64,000 nt of DNA from Candidatus Rokuibacteriota bacterium (lineage in GTDB: Bacteria > Methylomirabilota > Methylomirabilia > Rokubacteriales > CSP1-6): assembly GCA_003220475.1 (NCBI GenBank), contig QHSO01000031.1, positions 509-64,508 on the forward strand, given 5' to 3'. The notes under the pieces are model-generated. The model did no database searches and was not told the DNA's origin. It worked only from the letters and a program-made list of their open reading frames with translations. Made by a program: the position numbers and the translations under genes. Below are positions 45,619 through 55,006 of this stretch, in pieces (within the stretch, counting starts at the first letter, position 1; each line of letters begins with the position of its first letter).

Positions 45619-46619
45619 GCCGCGCGGCCATCGTCGTCGCCGCCGTCGCGTGCGCGGCGTGCAGCGGACGCATGCCCGTGCTCGATCCCGGCGGGCCACA
45701 GGCCGCGCGCATCGCCACGTACTGGTGGATCGTGTTCTGGCTGTCGGCGCTCATCCTCGCCGCCGTGGTCGCGTTCCTGCTCCACACGCTCGCGCATCGG
45801 CGCGTGGCCGCGGCGCCGGCGAGCCTCGTCGAGGACACGCGCGTTGAGCGTCGGCTCGCGCTCGGCGTGGCCGCGGCGGTGGGGCTCACGGCGCTCACGC
45901 TGGTGGTCTTGCTCGTCACGAGCGTTGCCACCGGTCGCGCGCTGCGCAGCTTCGGCGGCACCGATCCGCTCACGCTCGAGGTGACGGGATATCAGTGGTG
46001 GTGGGACGTCGAGTACTGGGATCCCGTGCCGTCGCAGCGCGTGCGCACGGCCAACGAGATCCACATTCCGGTCGGCCGGCCGGTCCTCGTCAAGACGCGC
46101 TCGCTCGACGTCATCCACAGCTTCTGGGTGCCCGGCCTGCATGGCAAGAAGGACAACATCCCGGGCCACGGCTCGTCCCTCGTGCTGCAGGCCGACCGTG
46201 CGGGTACCTTCATCGGTCGCTGCGCGGAGTTCTGCGGCGTCCAGCACGCGCACATGCAGCTGCTGGTCATTGCCGACCAGCCGGAGGTCTTCGACGCATG
46301 GCTGCAGGCGCAGCGGCGATCGGCGGTCGTGCCGACGGACGCGTTCGCGCGACACGGCTTCGACCTGTTCATGACGGGCCCGTGCGCGCTCTGCCACACG
46401 GTACTCGGCACGCCGGCGGGCGGCCGGCGCGGTCCCGATCTGACGCACCTGGCGTCGCGCCGGACGCTCGCCGCCGGCACGCTACCAAACACCGTGGGCC
46501 ATCTCGCCGGGTGGATCATCGATCCGCAGGCTCAGAAGCCCGGCGCGCAGATGCCTGGCAATGCCTTCGGCGCCGACGATCTGAGCGCGCTGCTCGCGTT
46601 CCTCGGAGGGCTCTCGTGA
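45615..46619 (+). CDS. coxB: cytochrome c oxidase subunit II with C-terminal cytochrome c domain
   Basis: ATGA overlap. CuA motif CAEFCGVQHAHM, SLDVIHSFWVPGLHGKKD, and a C-terminal CALCH haem site. Confidence 0.9.
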   Translation: MSRAAIVVAAVACAACSGRMPVLDPGGPQAARIATYWWIVFWLSALILAAVVAFLLHTLAHRRVAAAPASLVEDTRVERRLALGVAAAVGLTALTLVVLLVTSVATGRALRSFGGTDPLTLEVTGYQWWWDVEYWDPVPSQRVRTANEIHIPVGRPVLVKTRSLDVIHSFWVPGLHGKKDNIPGHGSSLVLQADRAGTFIGRCAEFCGVQHAHMQLLVIADQPEVFDAWLQAQRRSAVVPTDAFARHGFDLFMTGPCALCHTVLGTPAGGRRGPDLTHLASRRTLAAGTLPNTVGHLAGWIIDPQAQKPGAQMPGNAFGADDLSALLAFLGGLS

Positions 46620-48547
46620 GCTCGACCGTCGGCCCGACGAGCACGCTCGCACCCGGCGAGGCCGCGCGCGAGACGCTGGACCGCGCCGCGCTCGAGCGCG
46701 TCTGGTCGACGCCGCCGGGCTTCCTGGGATGGCTGACGAGCGCGAGCCACAAGTCCGTGGCCCTGCGCTACATCGTGACGGCATTCGGCTTCTTCGCGCT
46801 CGGCGGCGTGCTCGCCGCGCTCATGCGACTGCAGCTCACGCGCCCGGAGAGCCGCCTCATCGGCCCCGACCTCTACAACCAGATCTTCACGATGCACGGC
46901 AGCACGATGATGTTCCTGTTCGCGGTGCCGGTGATGGAGGCGTTCGGCATCTACCTCGTGCCGCTCATGATCGGCACGCGCAACGTCGCCTTTCCGCGCA
47001 TGAACAACTTCGGGTACTGGATCTATCTCTTCGGCGGCCTCATGCTGTGGACGGCGTTCGCGCTCGACATCGGACCGGACACCGGCTGGTTCGCGTACGT
47101 CCCGCTGTCGGGCCCCGCCTACTCGCCGGGCAAGCGCGTCGACATCTGGGCGCAGCTGATCACGTTCACGGAGATCGCCGCGCTCGTGGCCGCCGTCGAG
47201 CTCATCGTCACCACGCTGAAGATGCGCTGTCCGGGCATGTCGCTCAACCGGATGCCGCTGTTCGTGTGGGCGATGCTCGTGACCGCGTTCATGGTCATCT
47301 TCGCCATGCCGGCCATCATGGTGGCCAGCACGATGCTGGCGATGGACCGGCTCGTCGACACGCACTTCTTCAATCCGGCCGAGGGCGGCGACGCGCTGCT
47401 GTGGCAGCACCTGTTCTGGTTCTTCGGCCATCCCGAGGTCTACATCATCTTCATTCCGGCCACGGGCTTCGTGTCCACGATCGTGTCGACCTTCGCGCGC
47501 CGGCGCATCGTCGGCTATCCGGCCATGGTGCTGGCGCTCATCGCGACCGGCTTCCTCGGCTTCAGCCTGTGGGTGCACCACATGTTCGCCGTCGGCCTGC
47601 CGCAGCTCGGCGAGGCGTTTTTCACGGCCGCGAGCATGATGATCGCGATCCCCAGCGGCATCCAGGTCTTCTGCTGGCTCGCCACGCTGCGCGGGGGCCG
47701 CATCGTGATGCGCGCCCCGCTGCTCTGGGCGCTGGGGTTCATCGCGCTCTTCGTGATCGGCGGACTCACCGGCGTCATGACGGCGGCCGTGCCGCTCGAC
47801 CTGCAGCTGCACGACACCTACTTCGTCGTGGCGCACTTCCACTACGTGCTGATCGGCGGCGCGCTGTTCCCGCTCCTCGGCGCCGTCCTGTTCTGGCTGC
47901 CGAAGATGTGCGGGCGGATGCCCGACGAGCGGCTCGGACGAGTGAGCTTCTGGATCACGTTCGTGGGCTTCAACCTCACGTTCTTTCCGATGCACCTGCT
48001 CGGCCTCGGCGGGATGCCGCGGCGGGTCTACACCTACGCGCGCGACGCCGGCCTGACGACGGGCAACGTCGTGGCGAGCGCGGGCGCGGTGGTGCTGACG
48101 GCCGGCATCCTGGTGTTCCTGGCCAATGTCGCGTGGACGTTGCGTCGCGGCGCGCCCGCCGGCGACGATCCCTGGGGCGCGGAGACGCTCGAGTGGGCCA
48201 CCGCCTCGCCGCCGCCGTCGTACAACTTCGCCTACCTGCCAACGGTGGACGGCCAGGCACCGCTCTGGTCGACGCAGGAGCGCCCCGTCGTCACGGGACT
48301 GCGCACCGACGTCCGCGAAGTCCTCATCACCGACGGCGTCGACGCCACGCCCGATCACCGGCATCGGCTCGACGGCGCGAGCGTCTGGCCGTTCCTGACG
48401 GCCGTCGCGGCCACGATCGGCGTGGTCACCGCGCTCTTCACACCCTGGGGCGTGACCATCGGCTCACTGCTCGCGCTGGTGACGCTCACCGGGTGGTTCT
48501 GGCCGCGCGGCGCGCCGGCGCACGAAACGGTGGAGCAACGTCCGTGA
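46616..48547 (+). CDS. coxA: cytochrome c oxidase subunit I
   Basis: GTGA overlap. NQIFTMHGSTMMFLF, WFFGHPEVYIIFIP, WVHHMFAVG, HFHYVLIGG. Confidence 0.93.
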   Translation: MSSTVGPTSTLAPGEAARETLDRAALERVWSTPPGFLGWLTSASHKSVALRYIVTAFGFFALGGVLAALMRLQLTRPESRLIGPDLYNQIFTMHGSTMMFLFAVPVMEAFGIYLVPLMIGTRNVAFPRMNNFGYWIYLFGGLMLWTAFALDIGPDTGWFAYVPLSGPAYSPGKRVDIWAQLITFTEIAALVAAVELIVTTLKMRCPGMSLNRMPLFVWAMLVTAFMVIFAMPAIMVASTMLAMDRLVDTHFFNPAEGGDALLWQHLFWFFGHPEVYIIFIPATGFVSTIVSTFARRRIVGYPAMVLALIATGFLGFSLWVHHMFAVGLPQLGEAFFTAASMMIAIPSGIQVFCWLATLRGGRIVMRAPLLWALGFIALFVIGGLTGVMTAAVPLDLQLHDTYFVVAHFHYVLIGGALFPLLGAVLFWLPKMCGRMPDERLGRVSFWITFVGFNLTFFPMHLLGLGGMPRRVYTYARDAGLTTGNVVASAGAVVLTAGILVFLANVAWTLRRGAPAGDDPWGAETLEWATASPPPSYNFAYLPTVDGQAPLWSTQERPVVTGLRTDVREVLITDGVDATPDHRHRLDGASVWPFLTAVAATIGVVTALFTPWGVTIGSLLALVTLTGWFWPRGAPAHETVEQRP

Positions 48548-49149
48548 GCCAACGCGCGCTCGACGTCTCCGCGCTGCCCACGATCGCTTACGGGCCCCGC
48601 GCGAGCATCTGGTGGGGCGTGCTCGGCCTCGTCGCCATCGAGGGCAGCGCGCTCGCCATCGTCGGCGTCTCGTACCTCTATCTGCGGCAGAATTTCGTCG
48701 CGTGGCCGCCGCCGGGAACGCCCCTGCCCGCGCTCGGAGCGGCCACCGGGGACCTCGTCGTGCTGCTCGCCAGCATCGTGCCCATGGCGATCGTCGATCG
48801 GCTCGCACGCGCCGAGCGGCGCCGTCCGGTGGCGATCGGCCTCGGCGTCATGGTGCTGCTGGGGCTCGCGTCGCTGGCGCTGCGCGCGCTGCAGTTCGCC
48901 GGCGCGCTCGGATGTCGCTGGGACAGCCACGCCTACGGCTCGGTCGTGTGGACGCTGCTCGGCATGCACGCCGCCCACGTGTTGACCTCCACGCTCGAGA
49001 ATGCGCTGCTCATGGCCGTGCTCGTCGTCGGTCCCGTCGAGCGCAAGGACTTCGTCGATGCGCACGTGAACGCGTTCTACTGGTATTTCATCGCCGCGGT
49101 GTGGGTGCCGACGTACGCGCTCGTCTATCTCGCCCCCCGCTTCCTATGA
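48544..49149 (+). CDS. coxC: cytochrome c oxidase subunit III-like
   Basis: GTGA overlap. Five-TM protein with WTLLGMHAAHVLTS and YWYFIAAVWVPTYALVY. Confidence 0.8.
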   Translation: MSQRALDVSALPTIAYGPRASIWWGVLGLVAIEGSALAIVGVSYLYLRQNFVAWPPPGTPLPALGAATGDLVVLLASIVPMAIVDRLARAERRRPVAIGLGVMVLLGLASLALRALQFAGALGCRWDSHAYGSVVWTLLGMHAAHVLTSTLENALLMAVLVVGPVERKDFVDAHVNAFYWYFIAAVWVPTYALVYLAPRFL

Positions 49150-49511
49150 GCCCTCCCTTCGGTAGGACAAGCGTGCGACGACTCTGGCTCGCGATCGCGC
49201 TCGGTCCGCTCGCCTGGCTCACCTACGTCGTGATCGCCTATGCCCTCGTGCCGCTGGCGTGCCGCCACCCGGGCGCGGCCTCGCGCATCGGACTCTATGG
49301 CGTCGGTGCCGCCACGCTCGTGATGGCGCTCGGCGCCGTCGTTCTCGCGTGGCCCGCCTGGCGCACCACCGATCGCGCCACCGCCGACGATGCGCCGCCG
49401 GCGGGGCTGATGCGCTTCATGGCGATGACGGGCCTCGGCTCCGGCGCGCTGTTCGTCGTGGTGGCCATCGCCGGCATCCTGCCGCTCTTCTTGCTGGCGC
49501 CATGCGAGTGA
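49146..49511 (+). CDS. small hypothetical membrane protein in the oxidase operon
   Basis: ATGA overlap. 121 aa with three or four hydrophobic helices. No family recognised. Confidence 0.55.
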   Translation: MSPPFGRTSVRRLWLAIALGPLAWLTYVVIAYALVPLACRHPGAASRIGLYGVGAATLVMALGAVVLAWPAWRTTDRATADDAPPAGLMRFMAMTGLGSGALFVVVAIAGILPLFLLAPCE

Positions 49512-50659
49512 GCACGCTGCGCGCGTGCGCCATCGCCGTCCTCGTCGTTGGCGCGCCCGCGACGGCGGCCGCACACGGTGACGAGGCCAGCGTGGCGTCG
49601 CGCGCGCCGCTCATCGCCCTGCTCGCGCTCGGCGCGTGGCTGTACGCGCGCGGCGTCCGGCGGCTCGGCCCGCGCTGGCCACGCCGTCGGGTCGCGGCCG
49701 CGGCCGCCGGTGCCTGCACCATCGCCGCCGCGCTGCTGTCGCCGCTCGACACGCTGGCGGCCTCCAGCATCACCGCGCACATGGCCCAGCACACGCTGTT
49801 GATCCTGGTCGCCGCGCCGTTGCTCGCGCTCGGCCGCCCCATCGCCGTGATGGCCGCCGCGCTGCCGCGGGCGCCGCGGGCCGGCCGCCTGCTCGCGACG
49901 CCGCGACCGGGTGTGGCGTGCGGCGCGCATGCGGCCGCGCTGTGGCTGTGGCATCTGCCGCCGCTGTACGACATCGCGCTCGCGCGGCCCTGGGTTCACG
50001 CGCTCGCCCACGCCACGCTGCTCGGCACGGCCACGCTTCTCTGGTGGTCGGTCGCGCGCGGCCGTGCGCGCGTCATCGGCGCGCTGTGGCTGTTCATCAC
50101 CGCGTTCCACGCCGGCGGCCTCGGCGCGCTGCTGGCGTTGTCGTCGCGACCGTGGTTTGCCGGCGCGTCGCTCGAAGATCAACAACTCGGTGGACTGCTG
50201 ATGTGGGTGCCGGCGGGCGCGCTGCTGACGGCGATCGCGCTGGCCCTGCTCGCCGGCTGGCTCCGCGCGGGCGCGGCGTCCGTGTCCGCCAGCCGGTTCG
50301 GCGTCGTGATCGTCGCGACACTCGCCGCCGCGGCGCTGAGCGCCTGCGATCAGGCCGGACCCACGGCGACGACGATGGCCGCCGGCGACCCGTCGCGTGG
50401 CCGCGAGGCGCTAAGAACGTACGGCTGCGTGACGTGCCACACGATTCCCGGCGTGCCCAACGCCGCCGGCGCCGTCGGTCCGCCGCTGACGCAGCTGGCG
50501 CGACGCGCGTACATCGCGGGCGCGCCGAACGATCCCGACCACCTGGTGCGCTTCATCGCTCATCCGCGTCAGGAGCGGCCCGGCACGCCGATGCCCGAGC
50601 TCGGCGTGAGCGACCACGACGCGCGCGACATGGCCGCCTACCTCTACACGCTGCGCTGA
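49502..50659 (+). CDS. ctaG: CtaG (caa3-type) oxidase assembly factor fused to a C-terminal cytochrome c domain
   Basis: TAHMAQHTLLILVAAPLL, WLWHLPPLYD and the LMWVPAGALL membrane core. After a lipobox-like LSAC comes a soluble domain with CVTCH and a PGTPMP Met ligand. Confidence 0.75.
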   Translation: MRVSTLRACAIAVLVVGAPATAAAHGDEASVASRAPLIALLALGAWLYARGVRRLGPRWPRRRVAAAAAGACTIAAALLSPLDTLAASSITAHMAQHTLLILVAAPLLALGRPIAVMAAALPRAPRAGRLLATPRPGVACGAHAAALWLWHLPPLYDIALARPWVHALAHATLLGTATLLWWSVARGRARVIGALWLFITAFHAGGLGALLALSSRPWFAGASLEDQQLGGLLMWVPAGALLTAIALALLAGWLRAGAASVSASRFGVVIVATLAAAALSACDQAGPTATTMAAGDPSRGREALRTYGCVTCHTIPGVPNAAGAVGPPLTQLARRAYIAGAPNDPDHLVRFIAHPRQERPGTPMPELGVSDHDARDMAAYLYTLR

Positions 50660-50667
50660 CCGGCCCC

Positions 50668-51963
50668 TCAAAGCCTCCAATCACGCGTGAGCGCGGCGAC
50701 GCGCGCGAGCAGCTCTCCTTCCGACACGCGCGTCAGACGGCCGCTCTCGACAACGCGCTCGCCGTGGACCCAGACGTCGCTCACGGCCTGCGGCGACATC
50801 GCGAACACGACGTTCGCCAGCAGATTCGTCGGCGGGTGCAGCGAGGCGTGGCCGAGGTCCACGGCGACCAGATCGGCGAGGCGACCGGCCTCGATGCGGC
50901 CGGCGTCCAGCTCCAGGATCGCGGCGCCGCCCTCCGTACCGAGCCCGAACACCTCGGTCGCCGGCAGCGCGCCGCCGTCCAGGAGCCGCACGCGCTGCAG
51001 CAGCGACGCCATGCGCATCTCCTCGAAGATCGACAGCCGATTGTTGGTACAGCCGCCGTCGGTGCCGAGCCCGGCGCGCACGCCGGCGCGCCGCAGCTCC
51101 GGCAGGCGCGTCACGCCGTCGCCGAGGAACATGTTGCTCGACGGGCAGTACGCCAGGGCCGCGCCGCGCGCGCCCATGAGCGCGATCTCCTCGTCGTCGA
51201 GCCAGACCGCGTGCACGGCGATCGTGCGCGGGCCGAGCGCGCCCAGACGATCCAGGTAGCGCACAGGAGTCGTACCGTGCTCGCGCCGCGTGCGCTCGCC
51301 CTCGTAGCGCCCCTCCGCCACATGGATGTGCAGCGGCACCCGCTCGGTCTGCGCCACGTCGGCGCCCGCCTGGATCATGGTCGCAGACGCGCCGTGAGGG
51401 CTGTGCGGCGCCGCGTGGATGTCGACCGTCGCGTCGTGACGGTGCGCGGCGATCAGCTCGCGCACGCGGCGCGCGGCGTCGGCCGGGCTCTCCCGATAGC
51501 GCTTGGGCGCGCCCTCCCAGTCGTACATCGTCCGCGCGAGGACCAGGCGGATCCCGACGGCGCGCGCCGCGGCGATGACCGCCTCCGCGTTGTCGTTGCT
51601 CGCGTCGTTGAGATAGAAGAAGTCCACGCACGTCGTCACGCCGTGGCGGAGCATCTCGGCGAACGCGAAGGCGGCGCCCAGCGCGATGCCGTCGCGATCG
51701 AGGCGTTCGGAGAAGGGATACAGCACGCGATCGCGCCAGCCGGCGAAGTCGAGATCGTCGCCGAGGCCGCGCAGCAGCGACTGGAACGTGTGGCAGTGCG
51801 CGTTGACCGTGCCCGGCAGCAGCGCGCGCCCCGGCAGCATGACGTCGCCGGGCTGCCGCGGCTGCGCCACGCCGACGTGCGCGATGCGGCCGTCGGTGAC
51901 GGCGATGGCGACGTCGCGCCGCCAGCCCTCGGGCGTCAGCGCGCGCTCGGGCACGAGTCTCAT
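50668..51963 (-). CDS. amidohydrolase family protein (chlorohydrolase/aminohydrolase type)
   Basis: MRLVPERAL...LLPGTVNAHCHTFQS...HIHVAEG...AVHAVWLDDEE...GTDGG. ATG is at 51963; the upstream part of the track ORF is spurious. Confidence 0.85.
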   Translation of the reverse strand: MRLVPERALTPEGWRRDVAIAVTDGRIAHVGVAQPRQPGDVMLPGRALLPGTVNAHCHTFQSLLRGLGDDLDFAGWRDRVLYPFSERLDRDGIALGAAFAFAEMLRHGVTTCVDFFYLNDASNDNAEAVIAAARAVGIRLVLARTMYDWEGAPKRYRESPADAARRVRELIAAHRHDATVDIHAAPHSPHGASATMIQAGADVAQTERVPLHIHVAEGRYEGERTRREHGTTPVRYLDRLGALGPRTIAVHAVWLDDEEIALMGARGAALAYCPSSNMFLGDGVTRLPELRRAGVRAGLGTDGGCTNNRLSIFEEMRMASLLQRVRLLDGGALPATEVFGLGTEGGAAILELDAGRIEAGRLADLVAVDLGHASLHPPTNLLANVVFAMSPQAVSDVWVHGERVVESGRLTRVSEGELLARVAALTRDWRL

Positions 51964-52032
51964 CGGCGGCCGTCGAGTATACTGCCGACCCGTGATGCGC
52001 ATCTCCGCGCTCGTTGGCGTCGTCGCGCGCTG

Positions 52033-53025
52033 ATGCGGCTGGGCTTCGTGCTCGCCGGTGCGGCCGCCCTGCCCGCCGCCGAGTTCGCCGACATCGTGCG
52101 CGAGACCGAGGCCCGCGGCTATCACACGGCGTGGACGGGCGAGACCGGCGGCTACGACGCCATCGCCGTCATGGCGACGATTCTCGCCCGGAGCACGCGG
52201 CTGAACGTCGGCTCCGCGGTCGTGCCGGTGCAGACGCGCACGCCGACGCTGCTCGGCATGAGCGCCGCGACGCTCGGCCATCTGGCGCCGGGCCGCGTGG
52301 CGCTCGGCATCGGGCTGTCGAGCCGGATCATCGTCGAGCAGTGGCACGGCCTGAAATATTCCGCCGCGCTGGCGCAGATCCGCGAGGCGGTCCAGATCAT
52401 CCGGCTGGTGACGGCCGGCGAGCGCGTGAACTTCGAGGGCGAGTTCTATCGCGTGAAGAACTTTCGGCTCAGTGCGCCGGCGGCGCCGGTGCGCGTCGTG
52501 CTGGCGGCGCTGGGCCCGGAGATGCTCGAGCTGGCCGGCGAGATCGCCGACGGCGTCGTGCTCAACTGGATCCCGCCCGAGGCGGTGCCGGCCTCCATCG
52601 CGCATCTCGAGGCGGGCGCGCGGCGGGCCGGCCGCCCGCTCGAGGGCTTCGAGATCGCCTGCTTCATTCGCACGTGCGTCACCGACGACGTCGAGTCGGC
52701 ACGCGCGGCGCTCGCGCGCGACATCACCGCCTACGCGATCGTCGACGTGTACGCCTCGTTCTTCCGCACCGCGGGGTTCGGCGCCGAGGTCGACGCCGTC
52801 AATCGGCGCTGGCAGGCCGGCGATCGCGCCGGCGCCGTCGGAGAGATCTCGCCGCGCGTGCTCGACGGCCTTGGCGTCGTCGGCGACGCCGCCGTCTGCC
52901 GGGCACGCCTCGACGCCTTCGCGCGCGCCGGGCTCACGATGCCGGTGGTGCTGCCGTTCAATCCTGCCGCCGGGGGCGATCCGCGGCCGGCGCTGCTGCG
53001 CACGCTGCGCGCGTTCGGCGCATGA
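52033..53025 (+). CDS. luciferase-like monooxygenase (LLM) class flavin/F420-dependent oxidoreductase
   Basis: MRLGFVLAG...YHTAWTGETGGYDAIAVMA...GRVALGIGLSS.... This is only the last 330 codons of the 1129-aa track ORF. Confidence 0.8.
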   Translation: MRLGFVLAGAAALPAAEFADIVRETEARGYHTAWTGETGGYDAIAVMATILARSTRLNVGSAVVPVQTRTPTLLGMSAATLGHLAPGRVALGIGLSSRIIVEQWHGLKYSAALAQIREAVQIIRLVTAGERVNFEGEFYRVKNFRLSAPAAPVRVVLAALGPEMLELAGEIADGVVLNWIPPEAVPASIAHLEAGARRAGRPLEGFEIACFIRTCVTDDVESARAALARDITAYAIVDVYASFFRTAGFGAEVDAVNRRWQAGDRAGAVGEISPRVLDGLGVVGDAAVCRARLDAFARAGLTMPVVLPFNPAAGGDPRPALLRTLRAFGA

Positions 53026-53756
53026 CGCTGCGGGTGCTCGGCGTCATCCCGGCCCGCCTGGCATCCACGCGCCTGCCGCGAAAGCTCCTCCGCGAGATCG
53101 CGGGCCGGCCGCTCATCTGCTGGACGTGGGAGGCGGCGAAGCGCGCGCCCCAGTTGCGCGACGTCCTGGTCGCCACCGACGCGCAGGAGATCGTGGACGT
53201 GTGCGCGCGGTATGGCATCCCGGCCATCCTCACGTCGCCCACGCATCCGTCGGGCACCGATCGCGTGTGGGAAGTGGCACAGGGCCGCGCCGCCGACGTC
53301 TACGTCAACGTGCAGGGCGACGAGCCGCTGGTCACGCCGGACCACGTCGCACGCCTGGTCGCGCCGTTCCTCACGCATCCGGACACGCAGGTCAGCACAC
53401 TCAAGATCCGCGCGACCGAGGCCGAGAAGCCGCTGCCGAGCGTCAACAAGGTGGTCGTCGACGCCGATGGCCACGCGCTCTACTTCTCGAAGTTCCCGAT
53501 CCCGTTCGACCGCGACGGCATCGGCACGCCCGTTTACAAGCACATCGGCCTGTATGCGTATCGCCGCGCAGCGCTGGAGGCCTTCCACCGCCTGCCGCCG
53601 TCGGAGCTCGAGCAGACCGAGCGGCTCGAGCAGCTGCGGTTTCTCGAAAACGGCATTCCGATCACCGTGGTCGAGACCACCGAGCCGACGGTCGGCGTCG
53701 ACACCGAGGAGGATCTGCGCGTCGTCGAGCCACTGCTCGCGGCGCGGCGGCGGTGA
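53022..53756 (+). CDS. kdsB: 3-deoxy-manno-octulosonate cytidylyltransferase (CMP-Kdo synthetase)
   Basis: ATGA overlap. VIPARLASTRLPRKLL, VNVQGDEPL, HIGLYAYR, LEQLRFLENG. Confidence 0.92.
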   Translation: MTLRVLGVIPARLASTRLPRKLLREIAGRPLICWTWEAAKRAPQLRDVLVATDAQEIVDVCARYGIPAILTSPTHPSGTDRVWEVAQGRAADVYVNVQGDEPLVTPDHVARLVAPFLTHPDTQVSTLKIRATEAEKPLPSVNKVVVDADGHALYFSKFPIPFDRDGIGTPVYKHIGLYAYRRAALEAFHRLPPSELEQTERLEQLRFLENGIPITVVETTEPTVGVDTEEDLRVVEPLLAARRR

Positions 53757-54952
53757 CGGCACCCGGCCGCCAGCGATGGGTCATCCTCGCGGTCATCGTG
53801 CTGGCGCAGACGATGGCCAACGTCGGCCCGCTCGGCATCCCGGCCATCGCCTCGCTGATCCGCGCCGACCTCGGCCTCACGCTGACGCAGGCGGGCTCCT
53901 TCCTCTCCGTGTACTACCTCGGCCCTGTGACGATGTCGTTCTTCGCCGGCATGCTCGCCGATCGCTGGGGAACGGCGAAGACGCTCGTGCTCGGCCAGGC
54001 GCTGATCGCCGGCGGACTCCTGGCGGCGAGCAGCGCGCCCAGCTACGGCAGCCTGCTGGCGCTGCTCGGCATCGCGGGCGTCGGCTACGGCACGCTGAAC
54101 CCGGCCTCCACCACGGCGGCGATGTCGTGGTTTCCGCCGCGCCAGCGCGCGACCGTCGTCGGCCTCAAGCAGGTCGGCCTGCCGTTCGGCGGCATGCTGG
54201 GCGCGGCGCTGATGCCCGCGCTCGCGCTGCGGCTCGGGTGGCGGTGGGCGATCGTCGTGGCCGCGCTGCTGCTCGGAGCATGCGCGGTGCTGTCCGCGGT
54301 CGTCTATCGCGATCCGCCCGGCGAGGCGCCGCTGCGCCGCGCGGCCGGCGAGCGGGGTGCGGTGACCGAGGTGCTCCGCTCGCGTGATCTCTGGCTGGTC
54401 GCCAGCGCCACGCTGGTGTTCGCCGCGATGCAGACGGTGTGGATGGCGTTCCTCGCACTCTACCTGCAAGAAATGGTCGGGCTCGCCCTGCTCGCGGCGA
54501 GCCGCTATCTGGCGCTCGCCCAGGCCGGCGGCGTGCTCGGCCGCGTCGCGTTCGGCGTGCTGTCCGATCGCACGTTCGGCGGGCGTCGGCGCACGCCGCT
54601 CGTCATCGCCGGCTGCGGCTCGGCGCTCTGCTCGCTCGTCATCGCCTTCACCGGCGCGGGCGCGGGGCCGTGGCTCCTCACGCCGCTGGCGCTCGTGTTC
54701 GGCTTCTTCGGCATCGGCTGGAACGGCGTGCAGCACACGCTGATGGCCGAGCTCGCCGGCCCGCGTGCGGCGGGCACCGCCGTCGGCCTCGGCCTGGCCG
54801 TGTCCTCGCTCGGCGTGACGCTCGGCCCGCCGGTCTTCGGCTGGTGCGTGACCGCCGCGGGAGGCTATCGCGGACCGTGGATCGGCCTGGCTCTCGTGAT
54901 GCTCGCAGGCTTAGCACTGCTGGCACTCGTGCGCGAGAAGTCCCGCTTCTAG
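53753..54952 (+). CDS. MFS transporter
   Basis: GTGA overlap with kdsB. Twelve-TM pattern with a GMLADRWG loop motif. Confidence 0.8.
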   Translation: MTAPGRQRWVILAVIVLAQTMANVGPLGIPAIASLIRADLGLTLTQAGSFLSVYYLGPVTMSFFAGMLADRWGTAKTLVLGQALIAGGLLAASSAPSYGSLLALLGIAGVGYGTLNPASTTAAMSWFPPRQRATVVGLKQVGLPFGGMLGAALMPALALRLGWRWAIVVAALLLGACAVLSAVVYRDPPGEAPLRRAAGERGAVTEVLRSRDLWLVASATLVFAAMQTVWMAFLALYLQEMVGLALLAASRYLALAQAGGVLGRVAFGVLSDRTFGGRRRTPLVIAGCGSALCSLVIAFTGAGAGPWLLTPLALVFGFFGIGWNGVQHTLMAELAGPRAAGTAVGLGLAVSSLGVTLGPPVFGWCVTAAGGYRGPWIGLALVMLAGLALLALVREKSRF

Positions 54953-55006
54953 CGTCCGCGAGGCGCGGGAGCCGCAGGACGTGCGTGCTATCGTAGCGTT
55001 CGTTCC

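Noticed and set aside
49636-53025. 1129-aa plus-strand ORF spanning ctaG, the amidohydrolase (antisense) and the LLM gene.
   Set aside because: Only the last 330 codons (from ATG 52033) encode a recognisable protein (LLM oxidoreductase). The rest is Arg/Ala/Pro-rich read-through with no stops by chance.
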